64,000 bases of DNA from a virus: IMG/VR virus record IMGVR_UViG_3300027974_000021; one strand, given 5' to 3'. A program made the translations under genes and the position numbers. Below are positions 46,132-56,313 of this stretch, one piece after another. Under the pieces are notes generated by a model, which did not search any database, was not told where the DNA came from, and worked only from the letters and a program-made list of their open reading frames with translations. Every line of letters begins with the position of its first letter. The first letter of the stretch is position 1.

Positions 46132-49100
46132 ATGGCAAAAAAACTCTTCTTAGCATTCGATATTGATATCGCTCAAAATGCAATATTTTTAGATGGTAGT
46201 ATACCAATCGAAAGAATTTTATTAATCACAAACGTCACAGCTGGCACAAATAAAATCATTTACAATTTTGCTGATAGTACTTTAGGTGCTACTTCTTGCA
46301 CATTCATTCCATCACTTAATCAAACTAGATTAGTTCTTGCTACAAGTTTTGCATCTGCAGGTGCTGGTCCTGTCACAGTTAATTCTAAATTACAAATTTT
46401 TATAGAAGAAGAGTTCGCAAGAATTGGATTCGAAGAAGCCATGATCGATCCAGTGAACAAACTTCGTGTATCAAATCCAGAAAATTTAATTGACACTGAC
46501 TTTGAATATGGTACACAATCTACAAAATGGGAAACACTTCAAACAGTTTTAAACGTTCCTACAATCTATTCATCTTCAGGAGATTTAACTCTTGAAGGGT
46601 TAATTTCAATCAATACAACAAACAATTCAAAACAAGTAAGATGCGTGTTTTCACTTCCTCATAACCAAGTAATAGGGAATGCTATTCAAGTCACAGGTGT
46701 TAGCAATATCACTTGCGAAGGAGCATTCTTAGTCACAGGTGTTGTGAGCAGTACAGAATTTTTCTATGAAATAGATGCAAATGCAATTGCAACAGAAAAC
46801 GTTGCTGGTTCATATACTTCAGTTATTCCTGCTAAATTCTTTGAAGGATCAAATTTAATTTTAGATTTAAATGCAGTAGATTCATCAGATAATCCAGTTG
46901 CTCCAATTAAAACAAACGGAGCAAGTCCTTCAGTATTAACTATAACTACACTAGAACCACATGGTCTTAAACTTAATACAAAAGTTTATTTAAGACAAAC
47001 AATTGGTCCTAAAGAATTAACAATTACAGATCCAACATTAACTGCACCAGATGGTCGTCCTTACATTGATTCATCTCCAACTATTACTGTTGTAAACAAT
47101 ATAGATGCATCTTCTTCTACTGGTTCGGCAGATCTTCAATACGATCGTCCAGTTGTGACATGGGATTGGCAATCAACTTATGGTAAATATTTACAAACTT
47201 CAGATATTAATGCAGCTACAGATGAAATCACTTGGAATACTCACGGATTAACTGCAAATGCAGCACTACTTTTCAACGATCCAGTTCGTGGCGATGATAC
47301 AACTGCTACAACAAATGGTGGAATGACAGATGGAACAGTTTATTATGCTTCTATCGTAGATGCTAACACAATTAAACTAGCAACTGATTATGGTACACTC
47401 GCATCTTTTGTAAATCTTACAGCGATATCTACAACAAGAGGTTATCCTAGATTACAATTAGTTTATAAAGTTGAAGCTAGAAAAGATAGCACAAGATTTA
47501 CTGCTTTCTTCTCAAGAAACGTGACTACAGGTGCTACAGGAAACTATGATATAGGTTATATCAATAACACTAACACAAACTCATTTACGTGGAACGTACA
47601 AAGTATAATGGGAGCATCTCGTGTTCCAACTCAAGGAATAATTAATGAATTATATTTTGAAGGTGCAAACACTGCAGGAAGCCCAATTAATATTACTTAC
47701 TTAGCAAGAAATTATTTAAATCTTGGGAATGATAATATTGGTTATTCACTTGCTGCTAAAGGTTCAGGTGGTGGAAGCGAATTTCCAAATACAGATATCA
47801 CAAGATGTTTTTACCTTTCTAGTGGAGATTATTTCATAGATATTCAATACCAATTCGGTGCGATTAACAGAGATAAATTCGGAAACCCAACTTCTAACTA
47901 TCGTACAATTTGGTATATAGTAATTGATCACGTACCAACTTCTTTAAATACAGCTCATTCAGGATCAGATTTAGCTGGAGGACAATTTGGAAAAGGAACA
48001 CGTGCAGGAAACAGAATTATAGGATTCCAAGGTCGAACACCAAACGGATCTTCTACAAATGGTGTAGATGATGAATTTACATTCCAAGCAAATACAGTAA
48101 ATAATGGAAGATATGGAACTTCAAACCCTCCATTCAATTATCAAGTCACTGATACAACTACACTTGGAAGTTTTACAGTTGATTATCCACAATCTGGAAC
48201 TTCAGCTTATGGTACTACTTCTCAAATATATTACAGTTTTGCTGACGATTTAACTGCATTAAAAAATACATTTTATGCTCCAGCTCATGGAATTTTAAAT
48301 AATGAAACTTGTACACTTGCAATTACTGGTGCTGGCTATTCTACAACAAATAGATTTGCATTCGTAAACTCTTCGGCAACAGTTGTTCCTTATACTGTTT
48401 CTGAATTTGCAGTGACTGCAAACGTTGTAAATGCAAACTATTTAAGATTTACATCTAGAACTACACCATTTACAAATGATATAGCTTCTTTCCCAGCAGC
48501 CTTTAGTATTTCAAATAATAGAATAAATGAACTTTATAATACAGTTTATATTCAAAACCATAAAATATCAGGACAAACAACTGCAAATTATACAACTCCA
48601 GGAACTGTAATTGGTGGTTTAACAAGTGGAACAGATTATTCACTTCAATTCGTAAACGATTCTCGTTTAATCATTAAAACTGCAAATACTTCTGGTTCTG
48701 GTACTGCTACAACTTCTGCTTTCGGAAGCACATCTACTAGTTTAAATCAAGTGTTTACTGTAAATATTGAGACTCCACTAGGATCAGTACCAACACAATG
48801 TACTGTGACAATGGTTCAACATAGAGGAAGATTATCAACTTCAGCTCGTTTCTTAAGAATGAAATTTGCTGATAATATAGTTTATAACATTGGTGCAGTA
48901 AATGGACAAGATTCAAGTATTTTCCAAAATGAACCAACATGGATTCCAAAAGATATTTCATCATTCTTAACTGGTTCTCCAGTTGGTGTGAGTGTGACTG
49001 TTTCTCCAACATCAGGTGTAAGTTCTGCTGTTCCAGGAATGTCGAATTGGTGGGAAATTAGATTTTTAGTTTCAGCTACAGTAGGAACAATTCTTCTTTC

Positions 49101-51717
49101 TTCATCAGGTTCAGGAGTTCAAACATTTCAAATTCTTTCTCAAGATGGTGCTTATGATGGTATCTATGGAATAGCTACTATACCAAGTTCTCAGACATTT
49201 ACATTGAATGCTCCATTTAAAATTCCAGCAAGAACATACAGTTTCAATTCTCGTTCGGACGCAAATAGTGGTGCTGTTAATGCAACAAATGATACAATTG
49301 TTTTAGGAACACTATCTACTCCTTACAATCCTACAAATTTTTATCCAGGAGAATTAGTTTCTTATGTTCCAGGAGGTGGAAACACTGATATAATTAATGC
49401 TGCTGGTGTAAATAATACTTATCTTTATGCAATTCCTGTATCTGAGATAGCAATTTCTTTAGCTAACTCTTATGTTTCAGCGATTGGTGGACAAGTGTTG
49501 CAATTAACACCAACAGGTTCTTCACAAACTCAATCAATTCAAACATCAAACGTTTTGAAAACGACTAAACAATCAGGGTCAGTGAGTGGAACATCAGGTG
49601 CAAGAGTAATTACTGGTTCTGGTACACGATTCTTAAGTAAATTCAAAAGATTTGATTCAATTTATATTTACATTGGAGCTAGACTTTTTGAATATTTTAT
49701 TGATCGTGTTATTTCTGATACAGAAATGACGATAGATCCAGCACTTGCAGCATTCCCATCTACATTTTCAGCTGCAAACTATTCTACAATTAGTTCTGTA
49801 AACTTACGTCCAGATGGTTTCTCTTTACATAAATCATTCGATGGAGGTATTGATATAACAGCAGGAACTTCACCAAACAGCAAGATTGTTCGTCAATCTC
49901 GTAAATACTTCAGATATCAATCTGGTAAAGGTATTCAAAACTCATTTGCGATTAACTTTTCGCCTTTGAAAACTTTACAAAAACTTGAGTATGTAAACAT
50001 TGGTGGTGCTTCTCCAAATGCTATAAGAGCAACATGTCAAGAACCACATAATTTAATTGTAGGAAACAGAGTAATCATAGACAAAGCTATTGTGACAACT
50101 GGAAACAACATTTATAATGGAACGTTTACAGTGCATTCAATACAGAATATAAACACATTTACATATCTTGTTGGTGCTATACCTCAACAACAAAATGCTG
50201 CAGGATTCCCAGAATATGGTAGAGAATCTTGGTCTCAATCATCTATTCGTGCAGGTATGTTTGATGATGCAAATGGTTTCTTCTTTGAATATGATGGACA
50301 AAAACTATATGTTGTAAGAAGATCTAGTACACTTCAATTATCAGGATCTGTTTCTGCAACTAAAAACTCTCAAGTAATAAGTGGATTAAACACTGCATTC
50401 CAAACACAATTAATTGTTGGAGATCATTTACAAATACGAGGTCAAGTATATCGTGTTATCGCGATTGATTCTGATTCTCGTTTGGTTGTTCAACCTCCTT
50501 ATCGTGGAATTTCAGCATCTGGTATTAAAGCAACAGTTCGTGAAGACGTTCGTGTAGAACAAGCTAATTGGAACATAGATCCATGTGATGGAACTGGTGT
50601 CAACGGATACGCTCTTGATATACATAAAATTCAAATGTGTTATGCCGATTATTCTTGGTATGGTGCTGGTAAAATAAGATTTGGTACAAAAGACGCCAAA
50701 GGTCATATTCATTACCACCATGAATTTATACACAATAACAAATTAAATGAATCATATTTACGTTCAGGAAACTTACCTGCAAGATATGAAATTGAAAACG
50801 GAGATTCTCCGACATCAGCTCCTACATTATTCCACTTTGGTACATCTGTTATTATGGATGGTACGTTTGATGATGACGATGCTTACTTATTTACAGCACA
50901 GTCAAAACCTTTCGTGTTCGCACTTGGTTTAACTCAAACTGTGACATCATCAGCAGCAAGTTCATTCAATGAAATTACATTAAACTCACGTCGTGTGTTT
51001 GTGTATTCTTTCCAATGTTCTCAAGCTGATGCTGATAAAGCGATTGTGGGACAATTAATTAAAGATGCGACTGGTAATATACCAGATGGTACTTATGTTT
51101 CTCAGGTTCAAAAAGCTGGAGCAAGTTCACGTATATTTACTTCTTTCCCTGCAACAACATCAGTTCCAAACAATACAGAAATACCAACTTCTACATCATT
51201 TACAATTGGTGAAAACGCATTCGGTAATGGAGCAGTTGACTTAACACGTCCTATTCCTCTTATTTCGATTCGTTTAGCACCTGCAGTTGACTCTGGTATA
51301 ACTGGTGCAGTAGGTGAAAGAGAAATTATAAATCGTATGCAAATGAAATTAGACTCAGGTGCAATCACTACAAATAAAGCAGTGAATGTGTTTTTCATTC
51401 TAAATGGAAACCCATCTAAATTGACTTTTGAAAAAGTTCAATCTCCATCTTTATCTAATGCTATATCACACGATACAGGTGATATTATTAAAGATGGAAC
51501 TGTTATTTTCTCATCTCAAGCTTCAGCTGGTTCAACAAACTTCAATTTAAGTGGTTTGATTGATATGGGTAATTCTATTTTGGGTGGTGACTCAGTTTAT
51601 CCTAATGGTCCTGACTTATTAACTATTGCGATTCAACCTACGGATACTTCAACGATTACTCAAGCTTCGCCACTACAAGTAAACGGAAAATTATCTTGGT
51701 CTGAATCTCAAGCTTAA
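46132..51717 (+). CDS. Giant virion structural protein, 1861 aa
   Basis: KLRVSNPENLIDTDFEYG, RQSRKYFRYQSGKG, YSWYGAG, SGNLPARYE. Confidence 0.78.
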   Translation: MAKKLFLAFDIDIAQNAIFLDGSIPIERILLITNVTAGTNKIIYNFADSTLGATSCTFIPSLNQTRLVLATSFASAGAGPVTVNSKLQIFIEEEFARIGFEEAMIDPVNKLRVSNPENLIDTDFEYGTQSTKWETLQTVLNVPTIYSSSGDLTLEGLISINTTNNSKQVRCVFSLPHNQVIGNAIQVTGVSNITCEGAFLVTGVVSSTEFFYEIDANAIATENVAGSYTSVIPAKFFEGSNLILDLNAVDSSDNPVAPIKTNGASPSVLTITTLEPHGLKLNTKVYLRQTIGPKELTITDPTLTAPDGRPYIDSSPTITVVNNIDASSSTGSADLQYDRPVVTWDWQSTYGKYLQTSDINAATDEITWNTHGLTANAALLFNDPVRGDDTTATTNGGMTDGTVYYASIVDANTIKLATDYGTLASFVNLTAISTTRGYPRLQLVYKVEARKDSTRFTAFFSRNVTTGATGNYDIGYINNTNTNSFTWNVQSIMGASRVPTQGIINELYFEGANTAGSPINITYLARNYLNLGNDNIGYSLAAKGSGGGSEFPNTDITRCFYLSSGDYFIDIQYQFGAINRDKFGNPTSNYRTIWYIVIDHVPTSLNTAHSGSDLAGGQFGKGTRAGNRIIGFQGRTPNGSSTNGVDDEFTFQANTVNNGRYGTSNPPFNYQVTDTTTLGSFTVDYPQSGTSAYGTTSQIYYSFADDLTALKNTFYAPAHGILNNETCTLAITGAGYSTTNRFAFVNSSATVVPYTVSEFAVTANVVNANYLRFTSRTTPFTNDIASFPAAFSISNNRINELYNTVYIQNHKISGQTTANYTTPGTVIGGLTSGTDYSLQFVNDSRLIIKTANTSGSGTATTSAFGSTSTSLNQVFTVNIETPLGSVPTQCTVTMVQHRGRLSTSARFLRMKFADNIVYNIGAVNGQDSSIFQNEPTWIPKDISSFLTGSPVGVSVTVSPTSGVSSAVPGMSNWWEIRFLVSATVGTILLSSSGSGVQTFQILSQDGAYDGIYGIATIPSSQTFTLNAPFKIPARTYSFNSRSDANSGAVNATNDTIVLGTLSTPYNPTNFYPGELVSYVPGGGNTDIINAAGVNNTYLYAIPVSEIAISLANSYVSAIGGQVLQLTPTGSSQTQSIQTSNVLKTTKQSGSVSGTSGARVITGSGTRFLSKFKRFDSIYIYIGARLFEYFIDRVISDTEMTIDPALAAFPSTFSAANYSTISSVNLRPDGFSLHKSFDGGIDITAGTSPNSKIVRQSRKYFRYQSGKGIQNSFAINFSPLKTLQKLEYVNIGGASPNAIRATCQEPHNLIVGNRVIIDKAIVTTGNNIYNGTFTVHSIQNINTFTYLVGAIPQQQNAAGFPEYGRESWSQSSIRAGMFDDANGFFFEYDGQKLYVVRRSSTLQLSGSVSATKNSQVISGLNTAFQTQLIVGDHLQIRGQVYRVIAIDSDSRLVVQPPYRGISASGIKATVREDVRVEQANWNIDPCDGTGVNGYALDIHKIQMCYADYSWYGAGKIRFGTKDAKGHIHYHHEFIHNNKLNESYLRSGNLPARYEIENGDSPTSAPTLFHFGTSVIMDGTFDDDDAYLFTAQSKPFVFALGLTQTVTSSAASSFNEITLNSRRVFVYSFQCSQADADKAIVGQLIKDATGNIPDGTYVSQVQKAGASSRIFTSFPATTSVPNNTEIPTSTSFTIGENAFGNGAVDLTRPIPLISIRLAPAVDSGITGAVGEREIINRMQMKLDSGAITTNKAVNVFFILNGNPSKLTFEKVQSPSLSNAISHDTGDIIKDGTVIFSSQASAGSTNFNLSGLIDMGNSILGGDSVYPNGPDLLTIAIQPTDTSTITQASPLQVNGKLSWSESQA

Positions 51718-51735
51718 AAGGAAAGAAATAATCCT

Positions 51736-52434
51736 ATGGCTTACTTGGGTAGAGATCCAATACATGGTAATTCTGAAATACAGGTGTTCGCTCCGAATGG
51801 AAATTCGACAACATTTGCTTTAGATTTTCCAATTGGTTCAGCAGGAAGTATTCTTTTAATTAAGAATGGTTTAATTCAAAAACCAAACACAGATTACACA
51901 ATTATAAATGGGGGCACTTCTATTTCAATAACAGGTGCTGCTCTTTCAGCAGGTGTTAGTCTATTCGCAATTTATCTTTCAACACAATATCTTCAAAATA
52001 CAATCCCTGATAATTCAATCAGTGCTAATAAACTTTCATCTTCATTAAGAGGTAAATTTCCTAGTGATGTTGTAGTTCCAGCAGGTGGTTCAACAGCACT
52101 TACTTATGGTGTTGGAAAATATTTCATTTTAGGGAATGATCTTAATTACAGTATAACATTACCAGCTTCTCCTGCGATTGGAGATATGTTTTGGATAAGT
52201 AGACCAGCAGGAAATGGAGTTGGTGCAATTACTGTGACTATCAATACAAATTCACAAAATTTATCAACTGGACAAGGTAGTATTGTCACACAAAATAGTG
52301 CTACTGCAACTATTTCATTAACAGGATCATCATCATTTACTTCAAATGATAGAAAAAATCGTTGGTTTGTGTTTGTAGGAGTAATTGGTGGTACAGATTT
52401 TGGTTGGTTTGAGTATAAAATTGATGCTTTTTAA
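51736..52434 (+). CDS. Short fibre / virion protein
   Basis: MAYLG start, NGNSTTFAL, ITLPASPAIGD. Confidence 0.68.
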   Translation: MAYLGRDPIHGNSEIQVFAPNGNSTTFALDFPIGSAGSILLIKNGLIQKPNTDYTIINGGTSISITGAALSAGVSLFAIYLSTQYLQNTIPDNSISANKLSSSLRGKFPSDVVVPAGGSTALTYGVGKYFILGNDLNYSITLPASPAIGDMFWISRPAGNGVGAITVTINTNSQNLSTGQGSIVTQNSATATISLTGSSSFTSNDRKNRWFVFVGVIGGTDFGWFEYKIDAF

Positions 52435-52446
52435 TTTTTAATTTTA

Positions 52447-52453
52447 ATAAATA
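52447..52453 (+). promoter_or_regulatory. Candidate late promoter ATAAATA
   Basis: Intergenic, upstream of 52464. Confidence 0.5.
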
Positions 52454-52463
52454 GGTATAAGAA

Positions 52464-52799
52464 ATGGCACAAATAACAGACTTTTTTATAGATCAAGGAT
52501 CAGATTGGTCTGCTGTTTTAACATTTAATAATACTGATGGAACACCAAGAGATTTTACAAATTGTACAGTTTCTGGGCAAATGCGAAAAGGTTATGGTTC
52601 AACGACTTATACTGCTATAACTGCTACATTTGTTGCTCCAAATTCAAGTGGAAAAGTTAAACTTGCCTTAGGAAATGCAACTTCAACAGCAATGAAAGCT
52701 GGAAGATATGTGTATGATGTTGAATTAATAGATTCATTCAGCTTAAGAAGTAGATTAGTTGAAGGAATTATAACAATAACACCAGAGGTCACAAGGTAA
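52464..52799 (+). CDS. Conserved virion structural protein
   Basis: IDQGSDW, QMRK, AGRYVYDVE, RLVEG.ITITPEVT. Confidence 0.75.
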   Translation: MAQITDFFIDQGSDWSAVLTFNNTDGTPRDFTNCTVSGQMRKGYGSTTYTAITATFVAPNSSGKVKLALGNATSTAMKAGRYVYDVELIDSFSLRSRLVEGIITITPEVTR

Positions 52800-53087
52800 A
52801 TGGCTGAAACATTAACTGTAAGTGTAGATTCACAAGGTAGTACGATTAGTCCGAGTAATACTACTCTGACAACTTCAACTACAACAGCAGGTGGTGGTTC
52901 AACAATTACGACAATAGGAATTCAAGGAGCATCAGGAGCAGTTGTTCCAATAAGTGAAAATGTTCAAGTTGATATAGTATCAGAGGGATTAAATAATGGT
53001 TCATTATTAGTTTATAAAACAAATACTTCGAAATGGACAGCAACTAAAACATTAGATCTACAAATAGTAGACAGTGGCGAATTTTAA
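52800..53087 (+). CDS. Small virion/fibre adaptor protein
   Basis: NGSLLVY...W, ends VDSGEF. Confidence 0.62.
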   Translation: MAETLTVSVDSQGSTISPSNTTLTTSTTTAGGGSTITTIGIQGASGAVVPISENVQVDIVSEGLNNGSLLVYKTNTSKWTATKTLDLQIVDSGEF

Positions 53088-53099
53088 TAGGAGAAAAAA

Positions 53100-55682
53100 A
53101 TGGCATCAATTATAAGAATTAAACGTTCAACGACAGCAGGTAATCCCGCAACACTTGCAGCAGGAGAACTTGCATATTCAGGTCTTACGGATAACGACTC
53201 CAATGGTGGTGATCGTCTCTACTTAGGACTTGGTACAGAAACAAACGGAAATGCTGCGAGTCACTTAGTTATAGGTGGAAAGTATTTTACAGATTTATTA
53301 GACCACACTCGTGGTACATTAACTGCATCATCTGCATTAATTACAGATTCAAATAGCAAACTTGACAATTTAAAAGTAGATAATTTAGATCTAAACGGAA
53401 ATACAATATCTTCTACAGATGCCAATGGAAATATTGTACTTGATCCGAATGGAACTGGTTATGTTTCAATTACTGGAACAAATGGACTTATAATTCCTGT
53501 TGGTACTACAGCTCAAAGAGCACCATCAGTACAAGGTGCAGTTCGTTATAATACAGATACATCTTCTTTCGAAGGATATACAGGATCAACTTGGGGATCA
53601 TTAGGTGGAGTTAAATCAGTTGATGGTTTAACGTACATTTCAGCTGAGAGTGCTCCAGGATCTTCTAATGACACACTTTCTTTTGTCACTGATGGTACTG
53701 AGAGAATGTCTCTTGATACTGACAGTTTAGATATTGCAGCTTCAATTTTAACAACAAATATTAATTCAACTTTAACTTCAACATCAACTTCAACTGGCGC
53801 ATTAGTTGTTGATGGTGGTGTTGGTATTGCTGAAAATTTATATGTTGGTGGTATAATCAATATTGATAATTTAAGATTAGATACAAATACATTATCATCT
53901 ACAAATTCAAATGGAAACATTACACTTGCTCCAAATGGAACAGGTGATGTTTATTTAGATGCAGATACAGTAAGAATTGGAGATAGTAATACGAATGCTA
54001 CTCTAACTACAAATGGAACAGGTGATTTAATTCTTAATACAAATTCTGGTACAAATACAGGTTCTATTACAATTGAAGATAATGTAAATGGTAATATAAC
54101 TTTATCACCAAATGGTACTGGTAAAACAGTTTTAAATAATCCATACATTAATGGTACAACAGACACTCTTGCTGAATTCATTTATGATACAGTAGGTGGT
54201 GCAGTCACTTCAGGAACTGGTATTACTGTCACAAATAGTGATGCAGGAAATAGTTCTACAATTAATATTACAAACACAGCTGTCACTGCTGGTTCTTATG
54301 GTTCAACTACAGCAATCCCTACATTTACAGTAAATGCACAAGGACAATTAACTGCTGCTAGTACAGAAAACATTTCAACTACATTAAATATTGCAGGTGA
54401 TACAGGAACAGATGCGATTGCTCATTTAATAGATACATTAACATTTACTGGTGGTGAAGGAATTGATACTGCTGTCACAAATAATGTATTAACAATTTCA
54501 GGAGAAGATGCTACAACTACTAATAAAGGTATCGCTTCTTTTGCTACTGCTAATTTTGATGTATCGTCTGGTGCAGTTTCTACAAAAAACATTACACTAG
54601 GAACATCAACTTTAACAAATGGTTCAACTACAAATTCTCTTGCTGGATTACAACAATTAGATGTAGATAATTTACAATTTAATGGTAATTCGATTATTTC
54701 AACAGACACTAATGGTGGTATTACACTTGATCCGAATGGAACAGGACACGTTTCAGTTAGCAGTGCATTAATTAAAGATGTTGCAACTCCAGTTGATCCA
54801 ACTGATGCTGCAAACAAAGCATATGTTGATGCTGTTGCTGAAGGATTACATATTCATGCTTCAGTACTAGCTGCAACAACAGCTGCACTTACTGGTTCTG
54901 TGACTTACGATAATGGTACATCAGGAGTGGGTGCTACATTAACTTTAGCAACACCAATTAACACATTAGATGGTTATTCATTAGTAAATGGTGATCGTAT
55001 ATTAATTAAAAACCAAGCAAACACTGCTCATAATGGTATCTATATTCGTACATCTTCAACAGTATTTACACGTGCTGCTGATTTTAACACAGTAGCTGAA
55101 ATTGCATCTGGTGACTTTTTATTCGTATCAAATGGTACAGTGAATGGAAAAACTGGTTGGGTAAATACAACTAAATCTATTGCTGTTGGTACAACTGCTG
55201 TTGTATTTGAACAATTTTCAGGAGCAGGAACTTATATTGCTGGTTCTGGATTAGCATTTACAGGAAATACAATTGATATCGTATTACAAACATCTGGTGG
55301 TCTAGAAATAGTTTCTGACGAATTAGGATTAAAATCTACAACTGCTGGAAGTGGTTTAACTTTCTCATCTGGTGTTCTTAATATAGGTGGAACTGCAGAT
55401 CGTATTACAGTTAATAATGATTCAATTGATATTGCTTCAACTTATGCTGGACAAAATACAATTACAACATTAGGAACAATTTCTACTGGTGCATGGCAAG
55501 GTACTACAATCGGCACAATTTATGGTGGTACAGGAAATACATCATATTCAATTGGTGACTTATTAGTTGGTGCTGCAGCAAATGCTTTAAATAAATTATC
55601 AATTGGTACGACTGGAAAAGTATTACAATCAAATGGAACGACTTTAGTGTATGATGATGTGGACGGAGGAACATACGCATAA
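53100..55682 (+). CDS. Tail fibre protein
   Basis: IIRIKRS..GELAY N-terminus, repeated NTISSTDxNGxIxLxPNGTG, DAANKAYVD, ends DGGTYA. Confidence 0.78.
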   Translation: MASIIRIKRSTTAGNPATLAAGELAYSGLTDNDSNGGDRLYLGLGTETNGNAASHLVIGGKYFTDLLDHTRGTLTASSALITDSNSKLDNLKVDNLDLNGNTISSTDANGNIVLDPNGTGYVSITGTNGLIIPVGTTAQRAPSVQGAVRYNTDTSSFEGYTGSTWGSLGGVKSVDGLTYISAESAPGSSNDTLSFVTDGTERMSLDTDSLDIAASILTTNINSTLTSTSTSTGALVVDGGVGIAENLYVGGIINIDNLRLDTNTLSSTNSNGNITLAPNGTGDVYLDADTVRIGDSNTNATLTTNGTGDLILNTNSGTNTGSITIEDNVNGNITLSPNGTGKTVLNNPYINGTTDTLAEFIYDTVGGAVTSGTGITVTNSDAGNSSTINITNTAVTAGSYGSTTAIPTFTVNAQGQLTAASTENISTTLNIAGDTGTDAIAHLIDTLTFTGGEGIDTAVTNNVLTISGEDATTTNKGIASFATANFDVSSGAVSTKNITLGTSTLTNGSTTNSLAGLQQLDVDNLQFNGNSIISTDTNGGITLDPNGTGHVSVSSALIKDVATPVDPTDAANKAYVDAVAEGLHIHASVLAATTAALTGSVTYDNGTSGVGATLTLATPINTLDGYSLVNGDRILIKNQANTAHNGIYIRTSSTVFTRAADFNTVAEIASGDFLFVSNGTVNGKTGWVNTTKSIAVGTTAVVFEQFSGAGTYIAGSGLAFTGNTIDIVLQTSGGLEIVSDELGLKSTTAGSGLTFSSGVLNIGGTADRITVNNDSIDIASTYAGQNTITTLGTISTGAWQGTTIGTIYGGTGNTSYSIGDLLVGAAANALNKLSIGTTGKVLQSNGTTLVYDDVDGGTYA

Positions 55683-55732
55683 TTGATATAATATCTTAGA
55701 TTATATAATCTACTAACAAATAGGAGACAAGT

Positions 55733-55921
55733 ATGGCTAAGAAGAAACAAGAAACTGTTTCAGATATTATTGATAGAATAGAAGAAGATTTGATGACTCT
55801 TCGTGATAAAGTTGAAGAACTTAAAAATCACGAGTGCGAGGAGGACGAAGATGACTCAGAAGAAGATACCGACTGGGATGAAGATTCTGACTCTACTAGC
55901 ACTGAGGAAGATGAAGAATAA
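55733..55921 (+). CDS. Small, very acidic protein (coiled coil + D/E tail)
   Basis: AGGAG SD; C-terminal half mostly Asp/Glu/Ser/Thr. Confidence 0.7.
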   Translation: MAKKKQETVSDIIDRIEEDLMTLRDKVEELKNHECEEDEDDSEEDTDWDEDSDSTSTEEDEE

Positions 55922-55958
55922 ACAAAATAAAAAAAAGAAAAAATAAGGAAACTAACTG

Positions 55959-56312
55959 ATGGCGACAATAATTAAATTAAAAGGTTCAGCAACTCCGAAT
56001 CTTGCGCCATCAGTTAATGATTTAAGTTATAAAGAAGTTGCTTTAAATTACGCAGACGGAAGATTATATTACAAAAACGCTGCAGGACAAATAGCATATT
56101 TTAGTGCTGATGTTGTAGGTGGTCAAGAAGGACAAGATGACGATCTATTTAATCAATTAGCGTTTGCAATTAAATTTGGTGCATTCCCTTTAGCTGATTA
56201 TGGTAATATAACTGACCCAACAAGTGATGCTTTTGGACAAGTAGTTTTATTTACTTACGATAATATGGCAACAGAGGGATTAAGACTTATTGACAACGAA
56301 GGATTAGTATAA
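55959..56312 (+). CDS. Small fibre-associated protein
   Basis: IIKLKGS..EVALNYADGRLYYKN N-terminal domain. Confidence 0.68.
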   Translation: MATIIKLKGSATPNLAPSVNDLSYKEVALNYADGRLYYKNAAGQIAYFSADVVGGQEGQDDDLFNQLAFAIKFGAFPLADYGNITDPTSDAFGQVVLFTYDNMATEGLRLIDNEGLV

Positions 56313-56313
56313 A

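Noticed and set aside
35285-51717. Inteins or introns in the giant ORFs
   Set aside because: No intein splice motifs, LAGLIDADG or HNH signatures noticed; the size is typical of these virion proteins.
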